A DNA stretch of 63,819 nt, filler included. It is 7 parts of 7 records of this genome, joined end to end, with 100 filler letters (N's around TTAATTAATTAA, not from the genome) between each part and the next. Parts side by side here need not be neighbours in the genome. Positions count along the whole stretch, not along the records: positions 55,786 to 63,819 come from SRR31147125_37019; 6 more parts are not named here. The stretch is one strand, 5' to 3'. This document shows, in pieces, positions 62,020-63,819 of the stretch (position 1 is its first letter; every line of letters starts with the position of its first letter). A model generated the notes under the pieces. That model searched no databases. It was not told where the DNA came from and saw only the letters and a list, made by a program, of their open reading frames with translations. A program made the translations under genes and the position numbers.

Positions 62020-62298
62020 TCAGGCATTCTCACGAAGCTTGGCGAAGCATTCGCTGCAGTAGACCGGCCTGTCGGTCTTCGGCTCGAACGGAACTCTCGC
62101 CTCGTTGCCGCACGATGCGCAAACGGCCGTAAAGTACTCTCTCGGGCCGCGGGCAGCATTTTTCCGCGCGTCACGGCAAGGCTTGCAGCGCTGCGGCTCG
62201 TTCTGGAATCCACGCTCGGCGTAGAATTCCTGCTCGCCGGCAGTAAAGATAAACTCATTACCGCATTCCTTGCATATCAGTGTTTTGTCCTCGTACAT
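62020..62298 (-). CDS. Zinc-ribbon / CxxC-x17-CxxC domain protein
   Basis: DKTLICKECG..F.FTAGEQEFY, PQRCKPCR, CASCG..VPFEP...PVYCSECF. Confidence 0.92.
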   Translation of the reverse strand: MYEDKTLICKECGNEFIFTAGEQEFYAERGFQNEPQRCKPCRDARKNAARGPREYFTAVCASCGNEARVPFEPKTDRPVYCSECFAKLRENA

Positions 62299-62379
62299 GT
62301 TGAAACCTCTCTTTTGACAAAAAATCTTACCCTTTGGGGCTGTTTATTTGCGGTCAGCTTTCACTGATTATCGCCATAC

Positions 62380-62964
62380 TTAATTAAATTGTGCAAGCTT
62401 CTTCCTGATTCTTTGCACAGCATTATCCACAGATTTTGAAGGCTTGCCTAATTCGACGGCCATTTCCTCATAAGACAGGCCGTCCAAATACAAACCAAGT
62501 ACTCTAGATTCAAAACGGGACAGAGAGCCGCTTAAACAATCTGTTATCTCATTAACGCGCTCTCTCGCTATAACAAATTCTTCAGGATCGCGCAAAAAAA
62601 ACATGCCTTGGGTAATACTTTCGTCAAGCTCCGGAGATTCCAATGATACGTAATCATTAAGCGGAATGTGCTTATACCTGGAAGCTGATTTTATCGCGCT
62701 GTATAGTCGCCGCCTGATACAAAATTCGGCGTATGTTTTGAACTTGACGTCTTTTGCCGGATCATAGTGACGCACGGCCGCCAGTAGCCCGAGCATCCCT
62801 TCCTGCATCAGATCCTCACTGTCGCCGCCAGCCAGAAAATATGGGCGGGAACAGATTTTTACGAGCCGGCTGTATTCAGTAATAAGATCTTCTTCAGCCG
62901 CGGCATCACCGTCGGAAGCCCTTCGCCAAAGGTCTTCGTCCCGGTTATTGTAAAATTTGCTCAT
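62380..62964 (-). CDS. sigH: Sporulation/transition-state sigma factor SigH
   Basis: YFLAGGDSEDLMQEGMLGL, KHIPLNDYVSL, KSVDNAVQRIRKKL; start uncertain (62964 or 62997). Confidence 0.88.
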   Translation of the reverse strand: MSKFYNNRDEDLWRRASDGDAAAEEDLITEYSRLVKICSRPYFLAGGDSEDLMQEGMLGLLAAVRHYDPAKDVKFKTYAEFCIRRRLYSAIKSASRYKHIPLNDYVSLESPELDESITQGMFFLRDPEEFVIARERVNEITDCLSGSLSRFESRVLGLYLDGLSYEEMAVELGKPSKSVDNAVQRIRKKLAQFN

Positions 62965-63002
62965 AAATGTACCAAAAATGTAAATTGACTCACGCAACCT
63001 TG

Positions 63003-63031
63003 ATTATAGGGTCGATTGTACATAATGTCAA
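63003..63031 (-). promoter_or_regulatory. Consensus sigma-A promoter of sigH
   Basis: Minus strand TTGACA-17 nt-TATAAT. Confidence 0.82.
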
Positions 63032-63098
63032 GTATTTTGCTTAATATTTTTCGATATTTAGTTAAAAATCACCCCATCATTCCTTCGTCGTTGATTTG

Positions 63099-63819
63099 TT
63101 AAAGCGTTTCAATTACCGCAATGAGATTTGTGGCCACCTCATCGGCCAACGCTTCCGTTTTGGCCTCCACCATGACGCGGATAAGCGCCTCCGTTCCAGA
63201 CGGACGAATAAGCACCCGGCCCGCGCCGGCCAGCTTTTCTTCCTCTGTGCGTACGGCTTTTTCCAGCTCGGCACTTTGCATAACGGCCTGTTTGCCCTCA
63301 TTGCCGCCGCGTACCGCCAGATTTTTTAACACCTGGGGATACTGCGGCACATCGGAAACCAGTTCCGACACCTTTTTCCCCGATGCGCACACAACGTTTA
63401 AAAACTTGACGGCCGCCAGCTGGCCGTCTCCCGTCGTGGCTTCATCCAGAAAAATAATATGCCCCGACTGCTCCCCGCCGATATTGCAGCCGCGCTTTTG
63501 CATCATCTCCAGCACGTTCCGGTCACCCACGGCGGCGCACAGCAGTTCAATACCGCTATTTGAGGCAAACTCATGGAAACCGATATTCGACATCACCGTT
63601 GCGACAATGGCGTTATTTTTAAGGCATCCGTTCGCCTTCATATACCGGCCCATTACCGCCATCATCTTGTCGCCGTCCACAAGCTCGCCGCGCTCATCAA
63701 CAGCCAGACAGCGGTCGGCGTCGCCGTCGAAGGCAAAGCCGAGGTCAAAGCCGCCGGCCTTGACGATGGACCGCAGATGCTCCATATGCGTCGAGCCGCA
63801 GCCGTCATTAATATTAATG
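63099..63819 (-). CDS. glmM: Phosphoglucosamine mutase, 5' end outside the window
   Basis: CGSTH, AFDGDADR, TVMSN, VGDR, GGEQSGH, RPSGTE. Confidence 0.95.
   Translation of the reverse strand, partial: ININDGCGSTHMEHLRSIVKAGGFDLGFAFDGDADRCLAVDERGELVDGDKMMAVMGRYMKANGCLKNNAIVATVMSNIGFHEFASNSGIELLCAAVGDRNVLEMMQKRGCNIGGEQSGHIIFLDEATTGDGQLAAVKFLNVVCASGKKVSELVSDVPQYPQVLKNLAVRGGNEGKQAVMQSAELEKAVRTEEEKLAGAGRVLIRPSGTEALIRVMVEAKTEALADEVATNLIAVIETL

Overview
This 63.8 kb window is not one locus. It is seven unrelated contig fragments joined by artificial 100-nt spacers (N-run + TTAATTAATTAA + N-run), so gene neighbourhoods only hold within a fragment. (1) 1-6255, AT-rich Firmicute-like: uppP, an IadA-like protein lacking its metal ligands, a DUF5058-type membrane pair, an M20 peptidase, DegV and an MBL/beta-CASP fragment. 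(2) 6356-11778, Bacteroidota-like: sbcDC convergent with a JetD/Topo-VI-like TOPRIM gene and a small basic ORF. (3) 11879-19771, possibly spirochaete: GntR, CoA-acylating aldehyde dehydrogenase, HMG-CoA-lyase-like, GH-A-like and TRAP operon next to tRNA-Gly(CCC). (4) 19872-34761, Oscillospiraceae-like spore former: addB, spoIIR, ispE, apgM, Lrp/aminotransferase, tandem MFS genes and a Rieske oxidoreductase. (5) 34862-44312, probably Desulfobacterales-like: a divergent cluster with a PhaZ7-like multidomain depolymerase and a secreted 3-hydroxybutyrate-oligomer-hydrolase/tannase-like enzyme, plus decayed genes. (6) 44413-55685, Bacteroidota glycan locus: MFS, GH18, three ThuA-like genes, GH9-like, GH3 and ECF sigma/FecR. 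(7) 55786-63819, Oscillospiraceae-like: flavin reductase, coaX/ECF-S, Nif3, trmK, sigH, glmM. Taxonomic and family calls come from recalled motifs, not database searches. Many genes carry small indels, often at homopolymers, which are most likely sequencing errors. Best candidates for new biology: the putative anaerobic PHB/polyester-degradation cluster (fragment 5), the unknown catabolic operon (fragment 3), the IadA pseudoenzyme operon (fragment 1), the triple-ThuA GH18/GH9 locus (fragment 6) and the TOPRIM gene pair (fragment 2). No CRISPR array, rRNA or transposase was seen.
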